DNA of 58,511 bases. Origin: an uncultured Verrucomicrobiae bacterium. Lineage in GTDB: Bacteria > Verrucomicrobiota > Verrucomicrobiia > Limisphaerales > JAFGQR01. The notes beneath the pieces were generated by a model, which was not told the DNA's origin, made no database searches, and saw nothing but the letters and a program-made list of their open reading frames with translations. The stretch spans positions 1-58,511 of the forward strand of contig CAWBHS010000070.1 in NCBI GenBank assembly GCA_963788655.1, given 5' to 3'. Below are positions 12,030 through 22,161 of the stretch, piece after piece (the first letter of the stretch is position 1; each line of letters begins with the position of its first letter). Both the position numbers and the translations under genes were made by a program.

Positions 12030-12400
12030 GCGTTTGTTCTTTCGTTTTTGCCCAAGCGTAGAACGAGGGGTGGGACAAAGGCGGTCCAAGCCCAAAAGAT
12101 TTTTGAAGTTTTTTTGGGTGAGGTTTTCGAGCGCGGGGCAGCATCGAATACCACCGCCAAACCGCCCCGGAGCCGGCAAGACGGCAGTTGTATTTACTCC
12201 GTTGGTGCCCCTGGCAACTGTACTGCCGGCAGTTTGCAACGTACGCCTTGAAGAAGGCCCAACGGCCAAGGCCCACGCACCAGAAAAGGTCCGAATGCTC
12301 AAGGCCCAATGAAAGCGTGGCAGGCTCATCGGTACTCAGCTTGGCGCTTGGGATTTGGTCATGCTCTGGCCGCCGAGAATTCGCGCATCCAGCTTTCATT

Positions 12401-12555
12401 CGTTTCTGCCGGCGGGACGCCGACAGCACGCTGCCCAACGTGCTGCCAGCATCCTGCCGGCAGTTTGGAACGGGTCGTTCAAATGTTGACCGGTTCACCG
12501 ATTCGAACACAACGCTTGTTTCCGTTTCTGCCGGCGGGACGCTGTCGGCACGTTG
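12401..12555. repeat. MITE/REP-like ~120 bp element (full copy 12436-12555 plus preceding right end)
   Basis: CGTGCTGCCAGCATCCTGCCGGCAGTTTGGAACGGGTC ... CCGTTTCTGCCGGCGGGACGC...GCACGTTG; second copy at 19288-19406. Confidence 0.8.
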
Positions 12556-12720
12556 CCCTGCCCCTGTGGCTAGGAGCCTCCACTCGGCTTGCGGAGGCGA
12601 GAAATGCGTCTGCTTACAATGGTGGCGGCTCACTTTGCCAAGTCCGGCAGGAAAACACACCGGCTGAACCTGACCAGGATTCGCTATGGGTCAAAGTTGC
12701 CGTGTGAGGGCCAATGGAAC

Positions 12721-12939
12721 TCAGCTCAAACGCCGGGTAATCCGCGCTTTGGTCAAGTCGTACGGTGACATCGCCACTTCGACACGGTCGCCGATGGCCA
12801 AGCGGACGAACCGCTTCCGCATGGGGCCGGCCGGGTACGCCAGCAATTCGTGCTCGTTATCCAACTTCACCCGGTACATCGTGCTGGGGAGAATCGCCGC
12901 GATGGTTCCTTCCACTTGAATATGTTCTTCTGCGCTCAT
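12721..12939 (-). CDS. infA: Translation initiation factor IF-1
   Basis: 72 aa S1 domain: IQVEGTI...LPSTMYRVKLDN...GDRVEVAMSPYDLTKARIT. Confidence 0.95.
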   Translation of the reverse strand: MSAEEHIQVEGTIAAILPSTMYRVKLDNEHELLAYPAGPMRKRFVRLAIGDRVEVAMSPYDLTKARITRRLS

Positions 12940-13122
12940 AATGGTCCCGCTCCGTCCGTCTGAACAACAGTCAGGGCAAACCGTCCGTCACTTTCGACAG
13001 GGCACCGCGTTGCGGCCGCGCCGCCCGTTTCTGCTCCCGGTTGTTAATCGCGGCACGTTTGACATTTCGCCGAGACTCTTGGACGATTTTGCCCGTTCAC
13101 AGTAACGCTGATTTGATGGCCT

Positions 13123-13624
13123 ATGAAAACCTTTTCTTTCGTCGATTCCCCAAGTCTCAACCCTTGGACCCGCCGCCGATTTCTGCTGACCGTGGGCGGA
13201 AACCGCTCGCGAATGTTTGATCGGCGCCCATTGTTCCTGCCCCACGCGGCTGTATGGCTTTGACCAGAAACCCGAGCGTTACGACATCATGCACCATCAC
13301 GGCAACCGCGATGCCGTGCCCCGGCCGTATTGGCGCATCGGCCAGCGCGTGACCGTGGCCGACGTGATCCTGGCCAGTAAAAATGATCTGACCAAGCAGG
13401 GCACCGACGGCACCCCGCAGATGGTGATTTCCACTGGGTCAGTCGTGGACAATGTCGCCGTGCCCCCGGCGGGTGGTTGCGTGGTTTCGGTGATGGTCCA
13501 GCTCGATACCCAACCCGACCTGCTGACCTACCCCGGATTCCACCAGTTGTTTTTCTACGGCGACTATAAGAAGGAACTCCTGGCCTACTGCAAATTGTTC
13601 GGCATCCAGCCGGTGGTGGCGTAG
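13123..13624 (+). pseudogene. Internally deleted Tat-exported protein (C-terminus resembles sugar-isomerase-like hypothetical proteins)
   Basis: ATG 13123 encodes MKTF...WTRRRFLLTVGG (twin-arginine signal), then joins out of frame at about 13195 to a C-terminal fragment (ETARECLIGAHCSCPTRL...GFHQLFFYGDY). Confidence 0.65.
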
Positions 13625-13639
13625 GGGGGACGGGGACGG

Positions 13640-13670
13640 GATGCCGGATGCCAGATGCTGGATGCCGGAT
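13640..13670. repeat. Short heptamer tandem repeat (GATGCYR x4)
   Basis: GATGCCG GATGCCA GATGCTG GATGCCG; same unit as 50211-50452. Confidence 0.85.
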
Positions 13671-13675
13671 CTGGC

Positions 13676-13728
13676 GTTTGGAGTCCCGCCTTCAGGCGGT
13701 GGGGCGTTGCCGCCTAAAGACGGGACTG
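13676..13728. repeat. REP-like palindrome (GTTTGGAGTCCCGCCTTCAGGCGG family)
   Basis: Inverted repeat; a near-identical copy lies inside the SNF2 gene at 48845-48905. Confidence 0.8.
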
Positions 13729-13843
13729 CGTAACTTTGACCATCGGCCTTGTGATGCGTTTGAAACGAACTCTAACTCGTTTTGCGATGCCAACCGGCGC
13801 CTGTGCTTTACACTCCCCTGCCCTGCTCCTATCTTTTGCCGGA

Positions 13844-14923
13844 ATGTCTGAGATTAGCAAAACGAGAGTTCTGGTGGGCTTAAGTGGCGGCGTGGATTCA
13901 TCCGCCGCCGCCGCCTTGCTGCTGGAACAGGGTTACGATGTGGTGGGTATTACGCTCAAATTGTGGCCCCAGGATTGCATTTCCCGCGCCGAAGACAAGT
14001 GCTGCGGCCCCCAAGCCGTGGCCGACGCTCGCGCCGTATCGCATCGGCTCGGCATTCCTTTTTACCTGATTGACGAGGCCGATGATTTTCAAAAACAGGT
14101 CATCGCCTATTTTGCCGAAGAATACAAAGCCGGGCGCACGCCCAATCCGTGCGTAATGTGCAATGAACGGTTGAAATTCGGCAACCTGCTCACTCGGGCC
14201 AACCAACTCGGCGCCACGTATGTGGCCACCGGTCACTATGCGCGCGTAGAGCAGCAGAATGGCCGAACCCTGCTCAAACGCGGCCGCGACCCGCGCCGCG
14301 ACCAGAGCTATTTTCTGTTCTCACTGAAACAGGAACAGTTGTCGCGCGCCTTGTTTCCACTCGGAGAAATCACCAAGGATGTCACCCGTGAAGTCGCGCG
14401 TGGCAATCGGCTCAAGACCGCTGACAAAGAAGAGAGCATGGAGATTTGTTTCGTGCCGGATAACGACTACGGCAAGTTCCTCCGCGAGGCGCAACTCGTG
14501 CAACCGCACCGCGGCGACATTGTGGACCAGCGCGGCCAAGTGCTCGGGCAGCATGAAGGCATCGAGTTCTTTACCATCGGCCAGCGCAAGGGACTGCGCA
14601 TTTCGGCGCCAAATCCGCTGTATGTCCTCGACCTGGATCCCGTGACCAACCAGGTCATCGTGGGCGACCCGTCGGCACTCGAACGAGACGAATGCAGGGT
14701 GGAACGGTGTAATTGGATTCCGTTTCCAGATCCTGCGGAAGCGATGGAAGCAACCGTGAAAATCCGCTACAACCATCCCGGTGCCCAGGCCACAGTAACG
14801 CCGCTGGCCAACGGGGGCGCAACGGTGAAGTTTCATCAGTCACAACGCGCCATCACCCCGGGGCAGGCATGCGTGTTTTACCAGGATGACTTGGTGTTGG
14901 GCGGCGGATGGATCGCGCGTTGA
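13844..14923 (+). CDS. mnmA: tRNA-specific 2-thiouridylase MnmA
   Basis: SGGVDS, TPNPCVMCN, ATGHYAR, DQSYFL, ESMEICF, TIGQRKGL, AITPGQACVFY. Confidence 0.97.
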   Translation: MSEISKTRVLVGLSGGVDSSAAAALLLEQGYDVVGITLKLWPQDCISRAEDKCCGPQAVADARAVSHRLGIPFYLIDEADDFQKQVIAYFAEEYKAGRTPNPCVMCNERLKFGNLLTRANQLGATYVATGHYARVEQQNGRTLLKRGRDPRRDQSYFLFSLKQEQLSRALFPLGEITKDVTREVARGNRLKTADKEESMEICFVPDNDYGKFLREAQLVQPHRGDIVDQRGQVLGQHEGIEFFTIGQRKGLRISAPNPLYVLDLDPVTNQVIVGDPSALERDECRVERCNWIPFPDPAEAMEATVKIRYNHPGAQATVTPLANGGATVKFHQSQRAITPGQACVFYQDDLVLGGGWIAR

Positions 14924-14938
14924 CCTCAGTGTTGTGGC

Positions 14939-15487
14939 TCAATTCCAGGACAAGTCTTCCGGCCCTTCAGCCAGCAGGCGATACTTGGTCCCTTTCTGCC
15001 GCAGGATCTCCTTCCAGATGGAATCCGGTTGGGGATGGAAGACCAATTCCAATGAGGCGGGATGCACCATCCAGGTGTCGCGGCGCATCTCGTCATCCAG
15101 TTGGCCAGGGCTCCAACCGGCGTAACCGGCGAACACCTTCATTTTGCGGCTGGGCGAAAACGCTTCACCGATATCCACCAGTTCATCCAAGGAATGTTCG
15201 AGCTGCAAGTTGGGCATGACATTGGCCTCGGGCAGGAAGGTGTCACTGTATAAATAGCTCAAAGCCTGCGGTTGCACGGGCCCCCCGAGATACAGGGGCA
15301 ACTCCTTCAAGGTTTCCGGCAGTTTCGCGACCAGGCTTTCGCCGACTTTGTTGCCGGTTTCCCGATTCAAGACCAAACCAAAGGCGCCTTCGGCGTCGTG
15401 CTGGCAAATCAGGATGACGGTGCGGTGAAAGAACGAACCTGCCAGCTTCCCGTGATCAAGAATCAGTTGGCCCTTCAACGACTTCAT
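14939..15487 (-). CDS. yqgE: YqgE/AlgH family protein
   Basis: FHRTVILICQHD..GAFGLVLNR, GGPV, GYAGWSPGQLDDE. Confidence 0.92.
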   Translation of the reverse strand: MKSLKGQLILDHGKLAGSFFHRTVILICQHDAEGAFGLVLNRETGNKVGESLVAKLPETLKELPLYLGGPVQPQALSYLYSDTFLPEANVMPNLQLEHSLDELVDIGEAFSPSRKMKVFAGYAGWSPGQLDDEMRRDTWMVHPASLELVFHPQPDSIWKEILRQKGTKYRLLAEGPEDLSWN

Positions 15488-15569
15488 GGTTGTCTTTTTC
15501 CGTTGCGCATCGTGCTCAAACAAGAGTGCCTGAACTTGCGCGTTTTGCAATCTCGTTTAGGCTGGGGGC

Positions 15570-15683
15570 ATGATGAAAATCGTTCTGGTGCTATTGGTCG
15601 CCTTGCTCATTGGCGTGAGCGGTTGCAAGTCGAGTTCCGGCAGCCGGGAATACATCCCGGGCAAGGGCTGGGTGCCCAACTGA
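15570..15683 (+). CDS. Small lipoprotein (37 aa), absent from the ORF track
   Basis: MMKIVLVLLVALLIGVSG-C-KSSSGSREYIPGKGWVPN*: basic N-terminus, hydrophobic core, VSGC lipobox. Confidence 0.7.
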   Translation: MMKIVLVLLVALLIGVSGCKSSSGSREYIPGKGWVPN

Positions 15684-15736
15684 GGGTAGGAGACGTTCCG
15701 GCCTCGCGCTGTCGATACGACGGAGACTAACTCCAG

Positions 15737-16853
15737 TCAATGGCGGTCGGAGCGGCTGGTCGGTGCGAGAAACAACTCCAGTGGCGAAGACTGTCCGGTA
15801 ACTTCCAGGAGAACGGAGTGGTCGCGGATGTCCAGGCAGCGCACGACAACATTGGTATTGCCCATTCGCACCGTGCCGGTTTCGTTCTTCTCGAGCGTGC
15901 GGTTGTTGACCAGGGCAAAACGGTGACGGGTGGTGCCACTGATTCCCTTTAGTTTGAGGGTGCTGGGCACCGGGGTCTTGACGGTGGGCCGCCACAGGGA
16001 CGCGAACGAACGTACCGGGTTTCGCGTCAGCAAACGTTCCGAATTCGCTTGGTCGAAGAGCGGTTCAGTGCCTGACTTCATCCAGTCCACGACGCGCAGA
16101 AACTGGGCTTCCGTCACCGTTTCCGCCAGCAGGTTGAACTGGCCGGCGGTGTAGGTATTCGCAAGGATGACTTGCCGTTCGATTTCCTCCTGCCGTTGGC
16201 CCATGAGCCGGTAAGCCACCAGTTCGCAAAAACCCTCGACCGCATCCTGTTTCAGTGAGCGGTTGGCCGGCAGGTTTTCAAAGAGCCAGGTGTGCGCCCA
16301 TTCGTGGGCGGCGACGGCCGCCAACCGGGCGGGACCAAGGCCGTCCAGCAGGAAGATGCTGTGCTCGCAGTGGCGGGCGCCAATCTTCCGGCTGCAGGTT
16401 AAGCCCAGGGTTCGGTATTGGCTGACGGAGACATTGGCGTCGCGGTGCAGTTTCAGCAGGCGGGAACCGTCCACCAGGGCAACGGAAATGTTTTGGTCGG
16501 GTAGTGTTCCCGTTCCGTAGAACATCCGGCGCAAGTCGCGATTGACCTCCGCGAAAATGGGCTTCATTTCGGACTCCGAAAAGATCGCCGATTTGGAATC
16601 GGTCGGGCAAAGCCAGCGGCCATCGGGCAGTTTTCGGGCGGTTTCGTTTACGGGAAGTCCGCACACAAAACACACGGATTTCAACTTGGCACACGTTGGG
16701 CAAACCGGCACCCGTTCCCGCCGCGCCGAACTGCTCATCCAATAGAATGAGCCGGTGAACGGTTTCCCGCACACCGCACACACGTCCGGCGGGGCTGCCT
16801 GTACCTAGGATGGACCAACCGAACAAAACAAGCACTGCAAACGTTCTGATCAT
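15737..16853 (-). CDS. DA1-like zinc metallopeptidase with LIM-like Cys clusters and signal peptide (frameshift near 16795)
   Basis: CAVC/CPTC/CFVC zinc knuckles, TLGLT, AAHEWAHTW (HEXXH), VEGFCELVAY. Signal peptide MIRTFAVLVLFGW is in the adjacent frame. Confidence 0.75.
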
Positions 16854-16980
16854 ACCGCATGATCTTCCACTGCTTGAACATCGGAGCGAACTGGGCACGG
16901 CTTGATGCGGGGAGTGGGAAAGCAAGCCGTTGAAGAGTTGAAGCGGAAGACAATTCGCGCTGCTGGAGCGGCCCGACAGA

Positions 16981-17276
16981 GGTAGGGCGAGACTCCGTCG
17001 AGTTGATTTCCCTAAACCCAAATAGTTCACACCGAGGTTAGAACGCAGACAGCCTGGTGCCGCTGACGTCAGGAGGCGGAGCTCAGGAAATAGCTCCAGG
17101 TCCACCTCCTCACGTCGCGCCTACAGCGGGGTGAAATTCCCCGAGCACGTCCGTCAAGAAGATGCCGGGCAGAGGGAGTTACGTGATATTCGAACATCAG
17201 AAGGTTTCCGCGATGACGCCGCCGTAAGGCGGTAGCAATTCGGGGAAGTTAGGGCTCGACGGAGTCTCGCCCTACC
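16981..17276. repeat. Composite REP/MITE-like element with perfect 22-bp terminal inverted repeats and a nested second palindrome
   Basis: GGTAGGGCGAGACTCCGTCGAG (16981-17002) and CTCGACGGAGTCTCGCCCTACC (17255-17276); nested palindrome at 17059-17124. Confidence 0.85.
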
Positions 17277-17321
17277 GTTCCTCGCCCTGATTTCCGCAGC
17301 CGCAGACTGACCCGTCCCAGG

Positions 17322-19161
17322 TTAAATCAGCAACTTGACCTTTGCCACAATCGCCGCAGCGTCGATGCCGTACTTGGCCAGCAGCTCCGCCGGTTTGCCG
17401 GAATGCGGCACTTCAGTAACCGCCATTTTGTGGACACGTATGCCATCCTGACTGAGTTCGCCGGCCACGGCATCGCCCAAACCACCCTCGGCGTAATGGT
17501 CTTCCACGGTGATGATAAGGTTGTTGGCCCGCTGCGCGGCCGCCCGGATGATGTCTTGGGCAAGCGGTTTGATACTGTAGGTGTCGATAACGGTAATGTT
17601 GATACCTTCTTTGTTCAGCACATCCGCCGCTTTGAGGGCTTCGAACAGGGTGACGCCGGCAGCCAGAACCGTGAGTTTATCGCCTTCGGCCTGTCGCACA
17701 ACCCGGGCGCCACCGATGGTGAACGATTCGGTGGTTTCGTAAATGACCGGCAACTTCGGACGCGAGGTCCGCAAATAACCGATGCCCTGATGCTGGGCCA
17801 TTTGCTCCACCAGTTTCTCGGCGGACACCGCGTCGCACGGGTACAGAACCACGCTGCCGGGCAGGGCGCGCATCATGGCGATATCTTCAAGTCCCATTTG
17901 CGAGCCACCGTCTTCGCCAATGCTCACCCCGACGTGCGAACCGGCCAGTTTGAGATTGGCCATCGAATGGCCGGCCATACGGATTTGGTCGTGCGCGCGG
18001 CTGAAGAACGCGGCGAAGGTCGAGACAAAGGGCACCTTGCCCCGCGTGGCCAAGCCCAGGGCGACACCCACCATGTTTTGCTCGGCAATGAAACATTCGA
18101 CAAAACGCTCCGGAACTTTTTCAGAAACCGCTCCGAATAGGTCGAATTCTTGGTGTCACCATCCAGGGCCACATGCGCTTGTCCACTTCGCCCATGCGGG
18201 CCAGGGCATTACCGTAGGCCTCGCGGGTGGCCACCATGTCGCCTTTGTTGTACTGCACTGGCGGGTAACTCGCCGGCGCTTCGTTGGCGGGCAAATTCTC
18301 GGGACGATTCGGTTGCGGAATAGCCAGGTCGGCGGCGGAGCGGGCTTTGGGTGTCAGTTCGGCAATGGCGGTTTCGGCATCTTCCTTCGACAACGGTTTG
18401 CCGTGCCAGCCCTCCTTGTCCTCGAGGAAGGAAACGCCGCCACCTTTGAGGGTCTTGGCCAAAATGGCCAACGGTTGATCGCCCAAACCGGCCGCGGCGA
18501 GCACTTCGAGGATTTCCTCCATGTCGTGCCCGTCAATCTCTTCGGTGCGCCAGCCAAAGGCATCGAACCGTTTGCGATACACATCCACATCATGCCCGAA
18601 AGCGGTGGCCTGGCTTTGGCCCAACCGGTTGACGTCCACGATGGCTACCAGGTTGTTCAGCTTGTGAATGCCAGCCAGCGAAGCCGCTTCCCAGACGGAG
18701 CCTTCGGCGCATTCGCCATCCCCCAGCAACACGTAGGTGCGGAAATCCAAACCGTCCAGACGCGCACTCAATGCCATACCGACCCCGACGCTTAGGCCCT
18801 GCCCCAACGAGCCGCTGGCCACATCCACAAACGGCAGGCGCGGGGTGGGATGTCCTTCGATGTCGCTGTTCAACTGGCGAAGTGTCAGGAGATCTTCCAC
18901 AGAAATGAAACCCGTTTCGGCCCAGGCCGCGTAGAGCAGCGGCGCGGCGTGGCCTTTGGAGAGGATGAACCGATCATTGTTCGCGTAGCGCGGCGCCTTG
19001 GGATCATACCGCATGTGCCCGAAAAAGAGCGCGGACACCAGTTCAGCCGCCGAACAGCAGGACGTGGGATGTCCGCTGCCAGCGGCGGTGGTGGCCGCAA
19101 TCGAGTGAATCCTTAATTGATTGGCGATACCGACAAGGGTTTCAACAGGTTGGTCGTTCAT
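17322..19161 (-). CDS. tkt: Transketolase (two 1-nt frameshifts near 18170 and 18112)
   Basis: GSGHPTSC, DRFILSKGHAAP, GSLGQG, GDGE..EG TPP motif, FIAEQNMVG, HVGVSIGEDG, VEDH. Confidence 0.93.
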
Positions 19162-19287
19162 TTAGTCAATAAATTCAATAAATTGTTTTCGGCAGCATGG
19201 TAACGGCGGAAAAGCGAAAGGGAAGCGGGAAAACGGCTACCAATGATTTTTTCTGAGGCAATTGGGGGCGGAAGCATGGGGATCCAT

Positions 19288-19406
19288 CGTGCTGACGGCA
19301 TCCTGCCGGCAGTTTGGAACGGGTCATTCGAATGTTAGCCCCACCTGGAACCTTCGAACGCGACACTTGCGTCCGTTTCTGCCGGCGAGACGCCAGCAGC
19401 ACGTTG
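19288..19406. repeat. Second copy of the ~120 bp MITE/REP-like element
   Basis: Aligns end to end with 12436-12555. Confidence 0.8.
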
Positions 19407-19443
19407 CTTGTCCCGCTTGGCACCATCTACCACGACGAGCATT

Positions 19444-19542
19444 AAGAGCGGCAGAGGACTGCCGCACTGCACCACCTGGCGGACTTCCCTGCTGCTTCAA
19501 AATCGCGAAGCGTCTTGGACTACGACAGCTCTTTACAGCTTT
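19444..19542. repeat. Degenerate REP-like palindrome (AAGCGGCAGAGGACTGCCGCACT family)
   Basis: Imperfect inverted repeat; a related element lies at 58122-58268. Confidence 0.55.
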
Positions 19543-19733
19543 TCTGCTCGGACCTGATGCGGAGTCCCTTGCTCGCACGGAGATGCTTGTAACGTGCAGG
19601 TTCTAATTGGAAACCAGACAAAAGGCATCCGGTCAACGCCGCCATCAGGCGCTTTTTCGCTGACACTCAACGGGAGAATGCGCTAGCCTGATTACCAACG
19701 AATCCACGTTTCAACACGATTCGCGAGCAAGCA

Positions 19734-21269
19734 ATGAAGATCGATTGGCATTCGCGCCATTTAACTGGCGCTCACTCGAAAGCAACTTGGCTGGTATTTG
19801 TGGGGGCCTGCGCCCTGTTCACTGGCTTGGTGGTGGTATGGTTTTGGAATCCCGAGCAGCGGGGCGTCAACCCCAATCAACCGCTGGTGGTGTATTGCGC
19901 CGCGGGTATCAAACCGCCGGTCGAAGCGGCCGCTCGCGATTACGAAAAGACCTATGGGGTACCCGTTCAATTGCAATACGGCGGCTCGATGACACTGCTG
20001 GCGAATCTCCAGATCAGCCAACGGGGCGACCTGTATTTGCCGGCAGACGACAGTTACATCACGTTGGCAAGAGAGAAAGGTTTGGTGGCGGAAAGTATTC
20101 CGCTGGCGCAAATGCAAGCCGTGTTGGCTGTAAGCAAGGGCAATCCCAAGAACATCCGTTCCCTGGACGACTTGATGCGCGAAGGAGTTTCGCTCGGACA
20201 AGCAAACCCGGACGCGGCCGCGATTGGCAAAGTGACCCGGACCGCGTTGCTCAAATCCGGTCGCTGGGACGCCGTCAAAGCGCGAACGCTGGTGTTCAAA
20301 CCCACCGTCAATGAAGTCGCCAACGATTTGAAACTCGGCGCGGTGGATGCCGGATTTATTTGGGACGCACTCGTGGCGCAATATCCCGACGTGGACTCCG
20401 TTCCCGTGCCGGAACTGAAGGGCGCCATTGGCAAGATCACCATTGGCGTTCTCCAACGAACCAAGCAGCCCACCCAAGCGTTGCGGTTTGCGCGGTATCT
20501 CGGGGCGCGCGACCGGGGATTGCTCGTGTTTGCCAAGTGGGGTTACACGCCGGCGGCGGGCGATCCCTGGGCCGTAAAACCGGAGTTGCACTTGCTGGCC
20601 GGGGCCATGCTACGGCCAGCCATCGAGGATACCATCAAGGCCTTCGAGCAACGGGAAGGCGTTAAGGTTCTCCGCGTGTATAACGGTTGCGGTATCCTGG
20701 TGGCGCAAATGAAAAGCGGTGAGCGGCCCGATGCCTATTTTTCCTGCGACACCTCGTTCATGACGCAGGTCCATGATCTGTTCCTCGATACTGAGGACAT
20801 TTCGCAGAACCAGCTCGTGATTCTGGTGCCCAAGGGCAATCCCCAGGGGATCAAAGAATTGAAGGACCTTGGTCAGCCGGGATTGCGCGTCGGCTTGGGT
20901 CATGAACAACAAAGCGCCATGGGCGCATTGACCGAACAGATGTTGAAGGCCGACGGAACTTACGACGCAATTCGGAAGAACGTGAAAGTCGAGACGCCCA
21001 CTGGGGACATGTTGGTCAATCAATTGCGCACGGGTTCGCTGGATGCGGTGATTGCTTATCTCAGTAACGCGAAAGGTGCGGCGGACAAACTGGAGACAAT
21101 TCCCATCAACATTCCCAGCGCCATCGCCACCCAACCTGTGGCGATTGGCAGGGAGGCCCGTTACCCGCAACTCACCGCGCGGTTGCTGGATGATATTCGC
21201 TCCGAAGCCTCACGCCAACGTTTCGAAGCCCGCGGATTCAAATGGAAACTCGGCGAGGCATCGCAGTGA
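19734..21269 (+). CDS. modA: Molybdate ABC transporter substrate-binding protein with two tandem ModA domains
   Basis: YCAAG...YGGS...DLYLPAD and a second repeat LAGAM...YNGCG...DAYFSCD; N-terminal TM; upstream of permease and ATPase. Confidence 0.88.
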   Translation: MKIDWHSRHLTGAHSKATWLVFVGACALFTGLVVVWFWNPEQRGVNPNQPLVVYCAAGIKPPVEAAARDYEKTYGVPVQLQYGGSMTLLANLQISQRGDLYLPADDSYITLAREKGLVAESIPLAQMQAVLAVSKGNPKNIRSLDDLMREGVSLGQANPDAAAIGKVTRTALLKSGRWDAVKARTLVFKPTVNEVANDLKLGAVDAGFIWDALVAQYPDVDSVPVPELKGAIGKITIGVLQRTKQPTQALRFARYLGARDRGLLVFAKWGYTPAAGDPWAVKPELHLLAGAMLRPAIEDTIKAFEQREGVKVLRVYNGCGILVAQMKSGERPDAYFSCDTSFMTQVHDLFLDTEDISQNQLVILVPKGNPQGIKELKDLGQPGLRVGLGHEQQSAMGALTEQMLKADGTYDAIRKNVKVETPTGDMLVNQLRTGSLDAVIAYLSNAKGAADKLETIPINIPSAIATQPVAIGREARYPQLTARLLDDIRSEASRQRFEARGFKWKLGEASQ

Positions 21270-21315
21270 TCTGCTGGGCAGATTCGCAGCCGGTCTGCCC
21301 AAGTAGCCGCATTCT

Positions 21316-22161
21316 ATGACTTCCCAACCGCCCTGCCCTACGGTTGTTCCGGCGCGCCGCGCCAGTTCCGATCTGCCGTTCTATGCAGGGATGGGTATTC
21401 TGGGCGGCCTTTACGTGGTCCTGATCCTGGCCATGGTTTGGGCGGACACGGCCTATACTTCACCGGGCCATTTGGGAAAGGCGTTGGCCAGCCCGGAAAT
21501 TCAATACGCCATCGAGCTAAGCCTGTTCTCCTGCACGCTGACCGCCCTTCTTTCCCTCGTGGTGGCCGTGCCGCTGGGTTACCTGATGTCGCGGCACCGG
21601 TTTTACGGCCAAGGACTGGTCGATGCGATCCTGGACATTCCCATTGTGCTGCCGCCGCTGGTGATCGGCCTCAGCTTGTTGATTCTGTTCCAGACCAAGT
21701 TTGGGAAAATGGTGGAGAGTGTCATCCCGGTGACCTACGAAATTCCCAGCGTGATCCTGGCGCAATTCTCCGTAGCGTGCGCCTTTGCTGTGCGCACCAT
21801 GCGGGTGACATTCGACCAGATCAACCCCCGCAATGAACAGGTGGCGCTCACGCTGGGCTGCTCCCGGAGCCAGGCCTTTTGGCGGGTGGCATTGCCGGAG
21901 GCCGGTCGCGGCATCATGACCGCGGCCACGCTGGCGTGGGCGCGCGCGCTGGGTGAATTCGGGCCGATCCTGGTCTTTTCCGGCGCGACGCGGATGAAAA
22001 CGGAAGTCCTGTCCACCACAGTGTTCCTCGAACTCAGCGTCGGCAATCTCGAAGCCGCCGTAGCGGTTTCGCTACTCATGATCGCGGCGGCCGTAATGGT
22101 CCTGCTGCTGGTGCGTTGGTTCGGCACCGAACGCACTTTGGGAAAGGCCATGGACCCATGA
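21316..22161 (+). CDS. modB: Molybdate ABC transporter permease
   Basis: PIVLPPLVIG, WARALGEFG. Confidence 0.9.
   Translation: MTSQPPCPTVVPARRASSDLPFYAGMGILGGLYVVLILAMVWADTAYTSPGHLGKALASPEIQYAIELSLFSCTLTALLSLVVAVPLGYLMSRHRFYGQGLVDAILDIPIVLPPLVIGLSLLILFQTKFGKMVESVIPVTYEIPSVILAQFSVACAFAVRTMRVTFDQINPRNEQVALTLGCSRSQAFWRVALPEAGRGIMTAATLAWARALGEFGPILVFSGATRMKTEVLSTTVFLELSVGNLEAAVAVSLLMIAAAVMVLLLVRWFGTERTLGKAMDP

Noticed and set aside
18100..18180. Programmed frameshifting or a naturally split transketolase
   Set aside because: Two nearby single-base losses within a conserved stretch, with no separate start for a second subunit; sequencing error is simpler.
19600..19733. ModE box or Moco riboswitch before modA
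   Set aside because: No match recognisable by eye.
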